Shown here one piece after another: positions 12,562 through 24,073 of a stretch of DNA of 64,000 nucleotides. Source of the stretch: Neodothiora populina (lineage: Eukaryota); the NCBI RefSeq assembly GCF_041146345.1, contig NW_027191408.1:1178001-1242000 (forward strand), in the 5' to 3' direction. The notes beneath the pieces were generated by a model, which saw only the letters and a list, made by a program, of their open reading frames with translations, ran no database searches and had not been told where the DNA came from. How positions within the stretch are numbered: the first letter of the stretch is position 1; the number at the start of each line of letters is the position of its first letter. A program made the translations under genes and the position numbers.

Positions 12562-13989
12562 ATGTCTAGACCGAAAATGAATCTTTCCGTCGCACGACAG
12601 TGTCGGACCGTCTCGTCGAAAACAAAGAGCAATCGCTGCTTCACAAACAGCTGTCGGCGTCGCTATATCAAGACGGCGACCGTGACGGATGCCTGCGTCA
12701 CGCGACTGGCGGCCAAGCCTCTGCATCCATTGACTCTGGCAGACCTGGTCAAACATGGCCGCCCACCTCTGACGGAGAAGAGCCTGTTCGCTTCTGCAAA
12801 CTTCACTCTGGACATCCTGCCCGCCCGCCTGGCTCATCGTGTGCAGTCGTTACGCAATCTTGCCTATATCGTCGTGGCCAATCCCAATGTCTCCAAGATC
12901 CACAGCAACTATGTCCACTCGCTGTCTACCTTGCTGCCGTTCGCCGAGAAAAAGATCGGCACGTTGGAAGAGGAGATCCAGTTCACCGAAGCCATGGCCG
13001 ATCTGGTGCAGACGCACTCGAACACGATCAGCATCCTGGCCCGCGGCTTCCTCGAGGCTCGGAAATACATCTCGCCCTCCGAAGTCACTCGCTTCCTGGA
13101 CGAACACCTGCGCGCGAGGATCGGCACCCGTCTGGTCGCCCAACAGCACATTGCTCTGCACTTCAGCAGCAAGCCACACTACCATCTCAGCGACGAGGTG
13201 CACCACTCGCCCGATCCGTCGTACATTGGCGCCATCGACACGGCGTTGCGGCCCGAAGACATCATCCGTTTTTGTGAGGGCATGGTCGGCGACATCTGCG
13301 AGTTCAAGTACGGCGTCCGGCCTTATATCGTCATCGACGGCGACCCAGACTACACTTTCGCTCACATCCCGATGCACCTCGAGTACATCTTGACGGAACT
13401 GCTGAAGAACGCCTTCCGCGCCCAGATAGAAAACGGCATGGAACGCGAGCCCATCGAGGTCACCATCGCTCCCGCTCCCGAAGAGCCCGAGCAGCGCCCC
13501 GTCAGCTACGGCGCCGGAGGAGGAGGAGGAGGAGGAGGAGGAGGAGGAGGAGGAGGCAAGAAGCACCAGGGCATCTCCAACTACGACCAGGGCTCCGTCG
13601 ACTACGCCTCGGGCGCCAACAAGCCCAACTCGGCAGCCGCCTCTGCGAACATCAGACCGCTGGAAAGACAGACACCGGGCGTCACCATCCGCATCAGGGA
13701 TCGAGGCGGCGGCATCAGCCCCAACAACCTCGAGAATCTGTGGGACTACGGCTTCACGACCTTCAACGAAGACCAGATCAACGACGCCACGGGCAGAGCA
13801 GACAACAACGGCCTCAACTCCATCCAGGTCGGAGGCGGTGGCTCGCTCGCCGGCCTGGGCTACGGCCTGCCTCTGGGAAGGGCTTACGCCGAGTATTTCG
13901 GCGGGGGCATTGCCATTCAGAGTCTGTGGGGATGGGGTACGGATGTTTACCTGTCGCTGCGAGGTGTGGGTATCGACAAGACGAAATGA
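12562..13989 (+). CDS. Mitochondrial pyruvate / branched-chain alpha-ketoacid dehydrogenase kinase (PDK/BCKDK family)
   Basis: Arg-rich presequence, LPARLAHR, FLDEHLRARIGTRL, N-box ELLKNAFRA, G1 box IRDRGGGI, G2 box AGLGYGLPLGRAYAEYFGG and GWGTDVYL. Confidence 0.92.
   Translation: MSRPKMNLSVARQCRTVSSKTKSNRCFTNSCRRRYIKTATVTDACVTRLAAKPLHPLTLADLVKHGRPPLTEKSLFASANFTLDILPARLAHRVQSLRNLAYIVVANPNVSKIHSNYVHSLSTLLPFAEKKIGTLEEEIQFTEAMADLVQTHSNTISILARGFLEARKYISPSEVTRFLDEHLRARIGTRLVAQQHIALHFSSKPHYHLSDEVHHSPDPSYIGAIDTALRPEDIIRFCEGMVGDICEFKYGVRPYIVIDGDPDYTFAHIPMHLEYILTELLKNAFRAQIENGMEREPIEVTIAPAPEEPEQRPVSYGAGGGGGGGGGGGGGGKKHQGISNYDQGSVDYASGANKPNSAAASANIRPLERQTPGVTIRIRDRGGGISPNNLENLWDYGFTTFNEDQINDATGRADNNGLNSIQVGGGGSLAGLGYGLPLGRAYAEYFGGGIAIQSLWGWGTDVYLSLRGVGIDKTK
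13516..13554 (+). repeat. (GGA)13 coding microsatellite (poly-Gly insert in the kinase)
   Basis: Direct reading; in frame in the 12562 ORF. Confidence 0.95.
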
Positions 13990-14583
13990 AATCAATGTAG
14001 ATTTTATCAGACACCACTACACCCGACGACGAGGCAGTGATTTATTTTCTAGCTATCCTCTTCCGACCGGAGCGTTGACAGAACACGGCAGCACGACACG
14101 CCTGGTCGGTCTAGCCTTCGCAGGCCGAAGCAAACATCGCCGACGCCGACGACCGTGTCCAGACAACAGTCAGCAGAAACGCAGACATGACGAAGCCACA
14201 GGACCCAGCGACGCAGCAACAGCAACCAGGCCCACCTTTCTGGCAGAAAGAGAGTAAAACGTCGATCAGCACTCCTGTCTCGACAAAAGAGAGCAAAGGA
14301 GCACACCGACCCCGGTGGTGCTTTTCTCCGCATGCGAACACTTGGCGTCCAGCCAAAAGACGACTTCCCCATTCATCTCCGCCCAAGTGAAAGGGACGGA
14401 AACCCTTCGGCCAAGAAAATGTCTCTTCTGTCGAGCCAAGACAGAATCAAGACAGAAGGAGAGTAGTAAACGAGCCCCGAGCGGCGAGAGCCGGAGAAGA
14501 GAAGACAAGCGCATTCCACTCCACTCCAAGAACAGAGAGAGAAACCCGGCTCCTTGATGGCTCAGCAGAGCAGAGCAGCTAGC

Positions 14584-14617
14584 AGCAGTCAGCAGTCAGC
14601 AGTCAGCAGTCAGCAGG
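14584..14617. repeat. 7-bp tandem repeat (CAGCAGT)n
   Basis: agcagtcagcagtcagcagtcagcagtcagcagg; a separate (ATCAGG)n run lies at about 14869-14893. Confidence 0.9.
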
Positions 14618-15247
14618 CAGCGATGACGGTCGAGCCGGGGAGCAACGAAAAGGAAGGAACAGAACAGAAGACAAGGAAGGCGACACACGAGACAGGGCAA
14701 GGGGCAAGGGGCACAAAGCAAAGAGCAAAGAGTATCGGAAGGAAGGAATGCGAGACCGCTGCGGTCTATAGAAATGGAACGATGTCGTTCGCGATACCGA
14801 GTGTGCTGAGAATAGATTCGAAGCACGGAATAGAGCGGATGGGATGAGGCACTGGCACCGGAACAGGTATCAGGATCAGGATCAGGATTCAGGAACAGCA
14901 TATACGATATAGACTCACGCGATAGACGCATGTAAAAGCATGCCTTGTTTTACCACAACTCAAACCAATCGGTAGGGATCGTCTGGTGAGAGGGTGGCTG
15001 AACCAACAGACAGACAGATAGATCTTGAATAGAAGGTGGTATCATAGTACGCAGACAGACAAGCAAGCGAGCAAGTGTATATCAACCCCGTCTACGCCCC
15101 TCCCCAGAATCCCATTCCCCCCGATGCATGTTCATCCTATGCATGTTCATCTATTCGATATCGATAAGCCAGCAGCAAGAAACTGCAGAAATGTATCCCC
15201 CCTACAGACATCTCATGTATATACAAACAAACAGGAAACACAAGACA

Positions 15248-16876
15248 TTACTCGGCCTCGACCTCGTCCAGCACCTGGTCGCGTGCGGATTTCGTCTCCT
15301 CTTCTGCTCGTTTGAGCCGCGCCTGTCTTTTACTCTCTGACTCTTTGTTTCTGTCCCTTCTGGTCGCGTCTGCGTCTGCGTCCTGCGACGAGTGCTGAAA
15401 GGCGCTGCGTCTTTGTTGTTTTCTTGGTTTTGTATCGAAACTGCTGTCTAGTGGGTTGGCGTCGCTTTCGCTCGTGGTGCTACTACTCGTGCTGGGATCG
15501 CGATCCGTTGTTGGTGGTCGTCGTGACGGACTGCTGTTCGTGTTGTGCGGCCGCTGGTCTTTCGTTGCTGACGATGACCAGCGGTCGTGGGTCGAAAAGG
15601 GTGCGAGTGACAGAGGCGGGGGTGTGTTTCCTTGGCTGCTGCTGTTGCTTCCCTTTCCGTTCGTCGTGCTGGCGATCGAGGCAGAGACGGGAGCAGAGGC
15701 AGAGACGGGAGCAGAGGCAGAGACGGGAGCAGAGGCGCCGCCGCTGGGTGAATGCATGAGCATCAGCGAGGCAATGGCGTCTTGTTCTGCCTGTGCGTGT
15801 GATGTCTGCTGTGCGGCATCGGCAGAAAGCGGGGGCGACCGGTGTTGTCGTCTCGATGGTGTCGAGGGCGAGGGCGGCGGCGGGAAGGAATGAGGACGAA
15901 TGTCTGCAGCGGGAGCCAGAGAAGGCTTCTGAGCTTCCGGGATAATAGTGTCTGCACCCGCCCAGCTGACGATACCCTGTCCGGACCTTCTCTTGCTCGG
16001 TGGGGAGTGCACCGAATAGTCAATCGGCCTCGAGTCGTACATGGTCAACCTCGAGGCTTTGTTCGAAAGAGCAGTACGCGGAGACACCATCGTCTTTCTG
16101 GAGGGCGTGTTGGCAGTCATGGGCGGAGGAGAAGAGGCGACGGTGTTTGCCTTTCGGGGAGGCAGTCTCGAGGCGAGAAACTCGACCTGGTCGATGTTGT
16201 GGTTCTGCCATCCGTGTTGCACCTTGGCCATTGCGTAAGCCAGACGCGCCTTGAGCTGTGCTGCTGCCTGTGAATTGAAGCCGACTTCAGCTGTCGTCCT
16301 TGTTGTCTTTGAGTCTGCTGTTGCACTGACCTCGCCGGCGCGACTTCCGCTCGAGCTCACGCTCTCTGCTCTTCTCTCTCTTGCCGGACTCTTTGTCGTC
16401 TCGGGCGTTCGCACGCGTTTCCGTGACTTCTCGGGCTGGTGGTGCAGGGATGATGTGGGAGAGGTCATGACCGTGTCGAGAGTCGCATTACTACTCGCCT
16501 GCGAGTCTTTCGTGGCGGAACTGGTGTGGCTGGCAAAAGACTCCTGGGATTGACTGGGGACCACGCCGTCGTAGCTTCGGAAGGCGCCAGAGGAAAAGGT
16601 GGATTGCGCCTGCGACTGAGAGTGGGACTGTGGTGAAAAAGCATCGTGTCGATAGTGGTTGGTCGCATGGAATCGCGTCATGGGATTGGCGCCTGCTGCT
16701 GCTGCCGTCGTCGTGGCTGCTGCTGCGATAGGGTGTTTCTGCGAAATGGAGGATACCGACGCGGTGACTGGTCGAGGTTGAGGAGGTGAAGAGGCAGCAG
16801 CGGCGCTAGACATTGAACCCGGGACCGCTATTGCCCCGAACTTGACAGGCAGATTGGGCGCACTGAGTGTTTCCAT
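15248..16876 (-). CDS. Whi5/Nrm1-family G1/S transcriptional repressor-like protein
   Basis: Ser/Pro-rich disordered ORF with many SP/TP sites and the GTB-like motif LKARLAYAMAKVQHGWQNHNIDQVEFLA, plus AEQDAIASLMLMHSP. First ATG is METLSAP at 16876. Confidence 0.8.
   Translation of the reverse strand: METLSAPNLPVKFGAIAVPGSMSSAAAASSPPQPRPVTASVSSISQKHPIAAAATTTAAAAGANPMTRFHATNHYRHDAFSPQSHSQSQAQSTFSSGAFRSYDGVVPSQSQESFASHTSSATKDSQASSNATLDTVMTSPTSSLHHQPEKSRKRVRTPETTKSPARERRAESVSSSGSRAGEVSATADSKTTRTTAEVGFNSQAAAQLKARLAYAMAKVQHGWQNHNIDQVEFLASRLPPRKANTVASSPPPMTANTPSRKTMVSPRTALSNKASRLTMYDSRPIDYSVHSPPSKRRSGQGIVSWAGADTIIPEAQKPSLAPAADIRPHSFPPPPSPSTPSRRQHRSPPLSADAAQQTSHAQAEQDAIASLMLMHSPSGGASAPVSASAPVSASAPVSASIASTTNGKGSNSSSQGNTPPPLSLAPFSTHDRWSSSATKDQRPHNTNSSPSRRPPTTDRDPSTSSSTTSESDANPLDSSFDTKPRKQQRRSAFQHSSQDADADATRRDRNKESESKRQARLKRAEEETKSARDQVLDEVEAE
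15678..15735 (-). repeat. 18-bp coding tandem repeat, 3 copies (ASAPVS)
   Basis: gaggcagagacgggagca is repeated three times. Confidence 0.95.
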
Positions 16877-17096
16877 CGCTTGCTGCCTAGGTTGTAGAGA
16901 CTGAAGAATAGCAACAGGTGAACAGGTGACAGGAACGAGTGATTCGACAAGAAGAGAGAGAGCGAGAGAGAGAGAGAGAGACGCGATTGCGACGCCTCGG
17001 GAACGCCTCCCCAATTACGCAGGCAGGTGCAGAGTGCATGGACCCCTCCTTCCCTCTTTCGCTTTGACACGCCTGCAACCTGCACTCTCGACACCG

Positions 17097-17606
17097 ACGC
17101 GTGAACTTTTACATAAAAAAAGGCTACCTGTAAATCGTGCCACCATCGACCCCCTTGCCTAATTGCTACCACTACAGATACTGCATCTGCCTTACCTTCT
17201 GTCAATCACGCTCTGTCACACGTACGGAAGAGCCATTGCTTCCCGCCCGTAGCCGTCGTCGACTGTCGACGGGGAAGAAGAGCGAGCGCGAGCGCGAGCC
17301 CGCAAGCACACGTCACAGAGCGCCCACCCCGCGGCCACTCTGACCTGAACCCACCCTCTACTCTGTACCTGTAAAAGTTACCTTGTCTGCACATCCCGCC
17401 GCGAACCCTATTCCTCTCCTTCGCGTGGGACGTTCGTATCTTCTCAATAGTATCTTGATCGTGCTTCTACCGCTGCAAACTGCTGCATGCACAGTCAGCG
17501 ACGGCGGCCGTTTGCAGCTGTCTGTGCTACGATCGCTTCATCACTGTAGCTCCTACCGATGAACTCCCGTCTCTTTTTCCGTAAATGACACTGGAAACGC
17601 GTTGGT

Positions 17607-17643
<37 letters not shown>

Positions 17644-17941
17644 GAAAGAGGCGTCGAACGCGCCCGGAGTCGGACTGAACCTTTTCGCGCGTTCTGATTG
17701 GAAAGGACGCGTCTTTTGGTATTCGGGCCGGTCGGTCGGACCCTTTTCTGTTGATCGAATCTGTACTTGTGCACTAAGGCACGGTATTGTAGGTACAACG
17801 AATATCTTGAGGCAAGGGTGCATTGCAGCGACTGTTCTGAGCAATTGCATGACTCATCTGGAGACCTCGATTCTGTGTTTCGATTCGCTTGTGCAGATGT
17901 GCTACCAATGTGTGGGATAATCCACTGTACGCTCGACGCGT
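17097..17941. promoter_or_regulatory. Cluster of MCB elements (ACGCGT) upstream of the Whi5/Nrm1-like gene
   Basis: Perfect ACGCGT at 17097, 17597, 17707 and 17936, plus CGCG variants near 17420, 17658 and 17684. Confidence 0.6.
17609..17640. repeat. (GA)16 microsatellite
   Basis: Direct reading of the sequence. Confidence 0.95.
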
Positions 17942-19178
17942 CTTCACGTGCAATCGCATCGCTCGTCAACAATCGCTGCAAGCAGCACGTTGACTTGATC
18001 TATACTATCAACCTTACTCTTTCTCGCAGGGCAGACAGACAGACGGTCCAGCCAGATCCCGTAGAGCGAAGACTCTTGTATCTCGGCAGAATCTCACTTT
18101 TCCCCTCTCCCATCCCCGTGTCTACTGTATTTCTCCAGATATCTACCTCTCAAATCTCCAGAGAGTATCCCTATTCTCGCGAGCAACCAGTATCGCCATC
18201 TTTACCTTTTCCCTCATGCGTTGTGTGTGCTGGATCAGGTAGACAGCCAGGCGGTTAAGCCCGTTCGTTTCTCCTTCCGGACCAATGATGATTGTTCATT
18301 GCCTAACCACACTTGTTGAACATTCCATCCTCTGGCAATGATTGGACAGGACCGCACTCCGGGAACACACAGCAAGCCATCAGAAGCCAAACGAAAGCCC
18401 ATCGGGAGCAAGCAGTCAGTGGCTGTTCGGCGCGGCCTTCAGGAACGCTGTATACAGTGAGTGGTAGCTGAAGTCCACGGAGACTACAGGAAACCAAAGT
18501 CCTATCTCTCTGACTCTGCTACATATGCAATGCTTAGGTCAAGACTGCGCTTTGCACATTGTCGGCATCTGTCTCCATATTTCTCTTTTCCTTTTATTCC
18601 TTTTTCTCATCAGGATCTTTTTGGCTAGGAAAAAAAAAGGCGCAATTAAGATTAAGAAGAAGAAAAAAAGGGTGTCGGACTATTCATGGACTTGGTCGCA
18701 CCTCGAGAGGAAACAAGAAGAAACAGAGGAAAGAGACGACCAATGAGCATTTCCATCTAGGTGACCCATCTGACAAACCAATACAAAGATTACGGCTGAC
18801 GATGAAAACCTTGCATTTGCAGACGCCATGTTTTTGTTGTCCTCCCCCTCCCCTGCTTTTCTGTCTCATCCATTTGTATTTCGTCCTTCCCAAACTCTAC
18901 TCAGCCAAAGCGTCTCCGCTCGGAGACGCCGGAGATGGCAGGAAGAAACTATAGTGGAGACGACACCGAGAAGAACGAAAGAAACTCCATGTCTATATAT
19001 TCGACGCCTGTAGTCCACGTCCTGTCATGTGGGTCTTCCCCCCCGAGAGCAATCGCTCCAACCCAACTGAATTGTGGGCTCCACTTCATGTTCATAGACA
19101 AGGGAGGGAACCAGTCCGAGCGGGTATCTCATTCATTATTGATGGCCTCGTTGCCTAGTCAAACCATCGACTCCTCTT

Positions 19179-21049
19179 CTACTGTCTCGCGGTAAAGCTG
19201 AGAAGGCAGTCGTCCTGTTCGTGTCTTGTCAGCTTTTGTGTCACAGAAGAACAGCGCAAAAGAAAAGCTCATACCTTGGGGAAAATGGTTGCAAACACCT
19301 TGATCTCCTCACTCAACGGTGTCACCTCGTGTTCCCAGTTCATCTCCACACTGGCCTTTCCGATCATGAGCATGAGGTTCAGAACAGCATAGGTCTGGCC
19401 GAGACAGTAATGAGGACCAGTGCCGAAGACGAGCCAGTTCTTAGGGTGCTGCTCCGCAGTACCGGTGATCCATCTCTCGGGCTCGAAGGAATCTGGGTTG
19501 GGGTAGACCTCCGGGTCATGAAGGGCAGGGTAGGTGGCAGGGACAACCATGGAACCTGCAGAGCAATCAGCAAACATGGCACGTCAAAATGAACCAGGCT
19601 AGACATACCCTTCTTGATGGTGTAGTTCTCGCTGATGGGGAAATCCTTCTTGACCTCGTAAGGGACCATGAGCACAGGTGGGCGGTAGCGCAGGATCTCC
19701 TTGACCACAGCGCGGGTATAAGTCATGCTCTCCAGCATGTCCATGGTGTAGCGCGCTGATGTGTTGCCGTTGCGGAGGCGAATGTTCTCGTCGCGCAACT
19801 TTTCAAGAACTTCGGGTCTGTCTGCCATGAGCTGGAACAGCCAAGTAGCGGCACTGCTGGTGGCGTCCTGAGAGGCAAACAAAAAGGTGAACAGAGTCTG
19901 GGAAATCTCAAAGTCGGTGAAAGTGCGAATGAGCTGGCTCGGCTTGTCGGCATCACCGACCTTTCCTCCGCTGGCGAGCTTCTGACGGTACGCCTCCGAA
20001 TCGAGCATGGACTGAACCCAGCCATCCAAAATACAAGTCACTTTTCCACCTGCAGCCATGCGCACCTTACTCTTCGCAGCGCACTTGGCGAACTCGTCCA
20101 AAACCATGTCGGCAGCCTTCTTTCCATACCACGTCTTGGTGAAGGGAATGATGATGGGGAAGTTGACGAGCTCAAGGGCGGCAGTGATCATGTAGTAGTC
20201 GTCGGCGATCTTCTTAATGGCCTCGTCGCTGATGTAATGTCCAACAAAGGTCCTGCACGAAACGGCGGTGATAAGCTCGCGGAACATGTTCATGAACGGA
20301 ACTGGTGTGCCGGCGTCTTGTGTGATCTTCAAGAAGCGGGCGTAGTAGACGTCGTACACGTCTTCCTGCTCGGGAAGGTAGACCTCAAGGGCCTGGCGGG
20401 TGAAGAGGCCGTTTAAGCCTCTGCGGTAATCGCTGTGCGCCTTGCCGTCAAGGAAGACCCAGTTGGTGGGGCGGAGAAGTTTGTGGGCAATGTCTACGAC
20501 ACAGGGCTTGACATAGGCAGGCGAATTCAGCACTTTGCGCGCCATGTCTCTGGTGGATGCGAGGACAACGAATCTAAGTGCAAACCAATGTCAGCAGTTG
20601 TCTTGAGGAAATCCCTTCATTCTCGCCATATCCACTTCTATTCTCTTTCACATCCGGGGGGTGGCGCATACTTGTGGAAAACAGAAACGCAACTCAATGC
20701 GCCACTGTGCCATTTGGCAACATACTCCTCGAACTTGGGGTTGACAGACTCGAGAAAGGGACCGATGAAGGGGATTTTGAAGGTAGGGCCGGCAATTTGG
20801 CGCTTTTGAACCAAGTATGAGACTGCGCCTGTGATTAGTGGAGTGCCTTGTTGATCTTCAAACATCGACGGCTGCAATTGACCACATACTTTGATCATAC
20901 ATGACAGCGGTGAGTATCAGAGTCATGGCGATTGTCCACCCATTGACCTCAAATAATCGCACAATCAGTCCCTCGGGAGCGACACGGGCAATCTTTGCGA
21001 ATGCCGCGTCCGCGGTGGGCGAGGCATAGCTCGCATTCATAACCGACAT
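19179..21049 (-). CDS. ERG5: Sterol C-22 desaturase, cytochrome P450 CYP61 (5 exons: 21049-20890, 20822-20672, 20573-19609, 19555-19275, 19214-19179)
   Basis: [34 protein letters not shown] (I-helix), EILR (ExxR), PERW, heme motif [10 protein letters not shown] and C-terminal FATIFPKDDCLL. Confidence 0.96.
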
Positions 21050-22254
21050 ATTTGCTTCCGAACCCTAGGAGTGTACTGCAATGGAATTGGTTGATGGAAG
21101 TGTATAGATTACAAGTTTGTTTCTCAACGGGAAAGAATGGCTGTGGTCCACTGGCCGCGATCACGTTTTCTCAATCTCTGGTATGGAGTGGCGAGACGCA
21201 ATTAGACGGATTCTCGCGGGAAGATTGGTCCCGGAAAAAAGTGTTGGGCGTGTTCCTTCGTGTATATGACGAAAAGATGTGGCGGGACACAATCCGAATG
21301 AACCCGGGAATGGTCTATAAAAGAGAAAGACGAGAGATGCAGTAACGAGAACTACACACACATAGCCTCCTGGAATGAGCGTGGGGAAAAAACAAAAGAT
21401 GACAATTGCGCCGCTCGAGACAGGACAAGACAGGACGAGACAGGAAGGAGAGGCACAGAGAGAGGCGTGAAAATCGTACGAGATGCTGCTCGAATTGCTG
21501 CAATTACCCCTACGATATTTCTCGAAACGGACATGTACGGTCGGCCATATCTTCTAGTCGCGCATATCCTTCATCTCGGATACTCGGTCCGCCGAGCAGG
21601 GAAAGGGGTTAATCAGGTACAGAACCACGATAAGGCTCCGCGGTTATTTTGCAGTCGATCTGTATGGTCAGTTCCAGGAGAATCCACCATCCCGCATTGC
21701 GTCTCATCTCAATCTCGAGGGTCCTTGCGTTGCGCTACAGATGTCATCACGTGTTGTAATATTTTGGTGGAACGATTCTCGACTTTCTTCCTTGTACGTG
21801 TAGAGAGTAAGGTGAGGGTGGGTTTTTGTGTGGAGCTCCTCTTTGTACGCACGTGAATCGCTTGGCCATGTCGTTGCGTTCAGTTATGCATATCAGAGCA
21901 ATTATCGCTGCAGCTACGACTCACTGGTCATCTTCAAATTCTTTCCAAGCACCTTGATAACACAGGCACTAGAAACAGACTCATTCCAACGCTAATGTAC
22001 GGCGAAATGTGCTGGGCCAAGTCCCCAGTTCCTGGGCGGGTGAGCTTGGTGGAAGTTGCACTGGGTGGAGTAAGGTCCGGCAAGCGCCATGAGCTGCACG
22101 GCAGCACATTCACAGCACCGAGCCGAAAAAGACGTCATGTTCGGAGTATCCAAACACATGCCCTTCGTCTTCGCGCGCCTAGTATTGAATTATCAGATAT
22201 AGATACTTCACGTCTCGCAGTACAATTTACGAGCAGTAGATCGATACCAGAACC

Positions 22255-23581
22255 ATGGCAGCCCAGACTACACAAGCATTCCCATGGCATTTGGGTGTGT
22301 TCGATGCTCATTGCCATCCAACAGACACAATGGACAATCTTCAGTCTATACCAGGCATGAAAGCAAAGGTCTTGACTATCATGGCTACGCGAGCCCAAGA
22401 CCAGGAGCTTGTTGCTCACGTGGCAGAACAGATGGGTGTGAAGGCGGAAGACGTCAACAATATCGACGGGGACTGGAGGTAAGCTGCTAAAGGTAGATAT
22501 TTTATTCAACTTTGTTTTTTACTGAATCGTCTTTGTTTCCCTTTCCTTGCCATCTATCCGTGTGATAATCAAGAATGTTTTTCTGTTCTATGAATCTCGA
22601 AACTCATCCCTGGCTCTACGTCACAGCAAAGAGCACAAAGTAATCCCATGCTTTGGCTGGCACCCGTGGTTTTCCCACCAAATGTTCGACGACAAATCTT
22701 ATGCCGATCTCACAACTTTGTCCGACGATCAGAAGATCGCTCATTATCAATCTGTCCTTACGCCCCGATCAGACGACCATGTTTTCTTACTAGCTCTCCC
22801 CGAACCTCGACCTCTCTCGGAGTTTCTTGATAGGACTCGCGAATACTTACGTCAATATTCTCTTGCCTTGATTGGAGAGGTTGGCCTCGATAAAGGCTTC
22901 CGAATTCCCGAGGCATGGCTACCAGGACAGACCCAAGAAAGAGATGACAGCCTCACACCGGGTGGCAGGGAAGGCAGAAAGCTGTCTCCTTATCGTGTTA
23001 GCATGGAGCACCAGAAGACGGTCTTGCTTGCCCAACTGAAGCTAGCGGGCGAGATGGGAAGGGCATGCTCTGTTCATGGTGTTCAGGCACACGGCCTTGT
23101 CTACGACACGCTGGCCGAAACCTGGAAGGGCCATGAGAAGAAGGTTGTGAGCAAGAGAGAAAAGAAGCGAGAAGCAGGAGCGCAGGCGCAAGCGCAAAGA
23201 CATGACCCGGACGAAGCTGAGGACCCGCCGAAATTGCAAGCCACGCCATACCCGCCTAGAATCTGTCTTCACTCATACTCTGGATCTCCAGACGCTGTGA
23301 AACAATACTTCAATCCTGCCATCCCCGCCGATATTTTTTTTTCATTCTCCTCAGTCATCAACTTCTCAACCCCTGCAGCAGTGAAGACAGAAGAAGTTGT
23401 TAAAGCAGTCCCAGACGACAACATTCTGGTGGAGAGCGATCTGCATACCGCCGGCGACAGAATGGACGGCTATCTTGAGGAGATCGTAAGAAAAGTGTGT
23501 GAGATCAAAGGGTGGGAGATTGAATACGGCGTGAAGAGGCTAGGTGATAACTGGAAAAGGTTTGTATTTGGCAGTATATAG
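22255..23581 (+). CDS. TatD-family metal-dependent hydrolase (Cut9-interacting Scn1-like), 2 exons
   Basis: [45 protein letters not shown] and LVESD. Intron about 22479-22626. Confidence 0.9.
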
Positions 23582-24073
23582 GCTCGATATCTTCCTGATA
23601 CTATCCACCCGTCCAGAGGTATCAAAGCTGACAAGCCCTCGGTATGATGCTCTGCTACACGCCAATTTGTTGGAACTCCTCCACATAGACTTTGCGATTT
23701 CGATCATGGGACACCGTCGTTTGCATTTCTATGCCTGTCTGAACCTTGCCCGGACATGGTTCCTTTCATGATTGTTCAATAGGTATGCCATGGGTTTCGG
23801 GGAAAGTCTCGGTGAAATCCTCATCTTGGCGCCTGACCTCCTTCGGCCAAGCGAGGCCTATCATAGAGATGGTCTGTACGACCGTGGCCGCGAATTGCCG
23901 ACTGGATGACAGTCAGTACACTTGCTACCAGTGAAATACTCATCTTACAACCCATATAATCTGCACCTGCATCTGTACCTCGATTTTGAGAATCATCGGA
24001 CATATCTGTACCTGACTGCCACTAGCGCTTACCTTTACTCAAACTCTCCGATTGGCTGGTTCTAATTTATGCC

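Noticed and set aside
12850..13995. 381-aa antisense ORF over the kinase, and similar antisense ORFs over BMS1 (e.g. 9562-10638) and the GPI protein
   Set aside because: These are shadows of strong C/G-ending codon bias on the coding strand and have no motifs of their own.
16877..17014. Hydrophobic N-terminal extension of the Whi5/Nrm1-like ORF from a TTG start
   Set aside because: It is translated 5' UTR containing a (TC)n microsatellite. The first ATG is at 16876.
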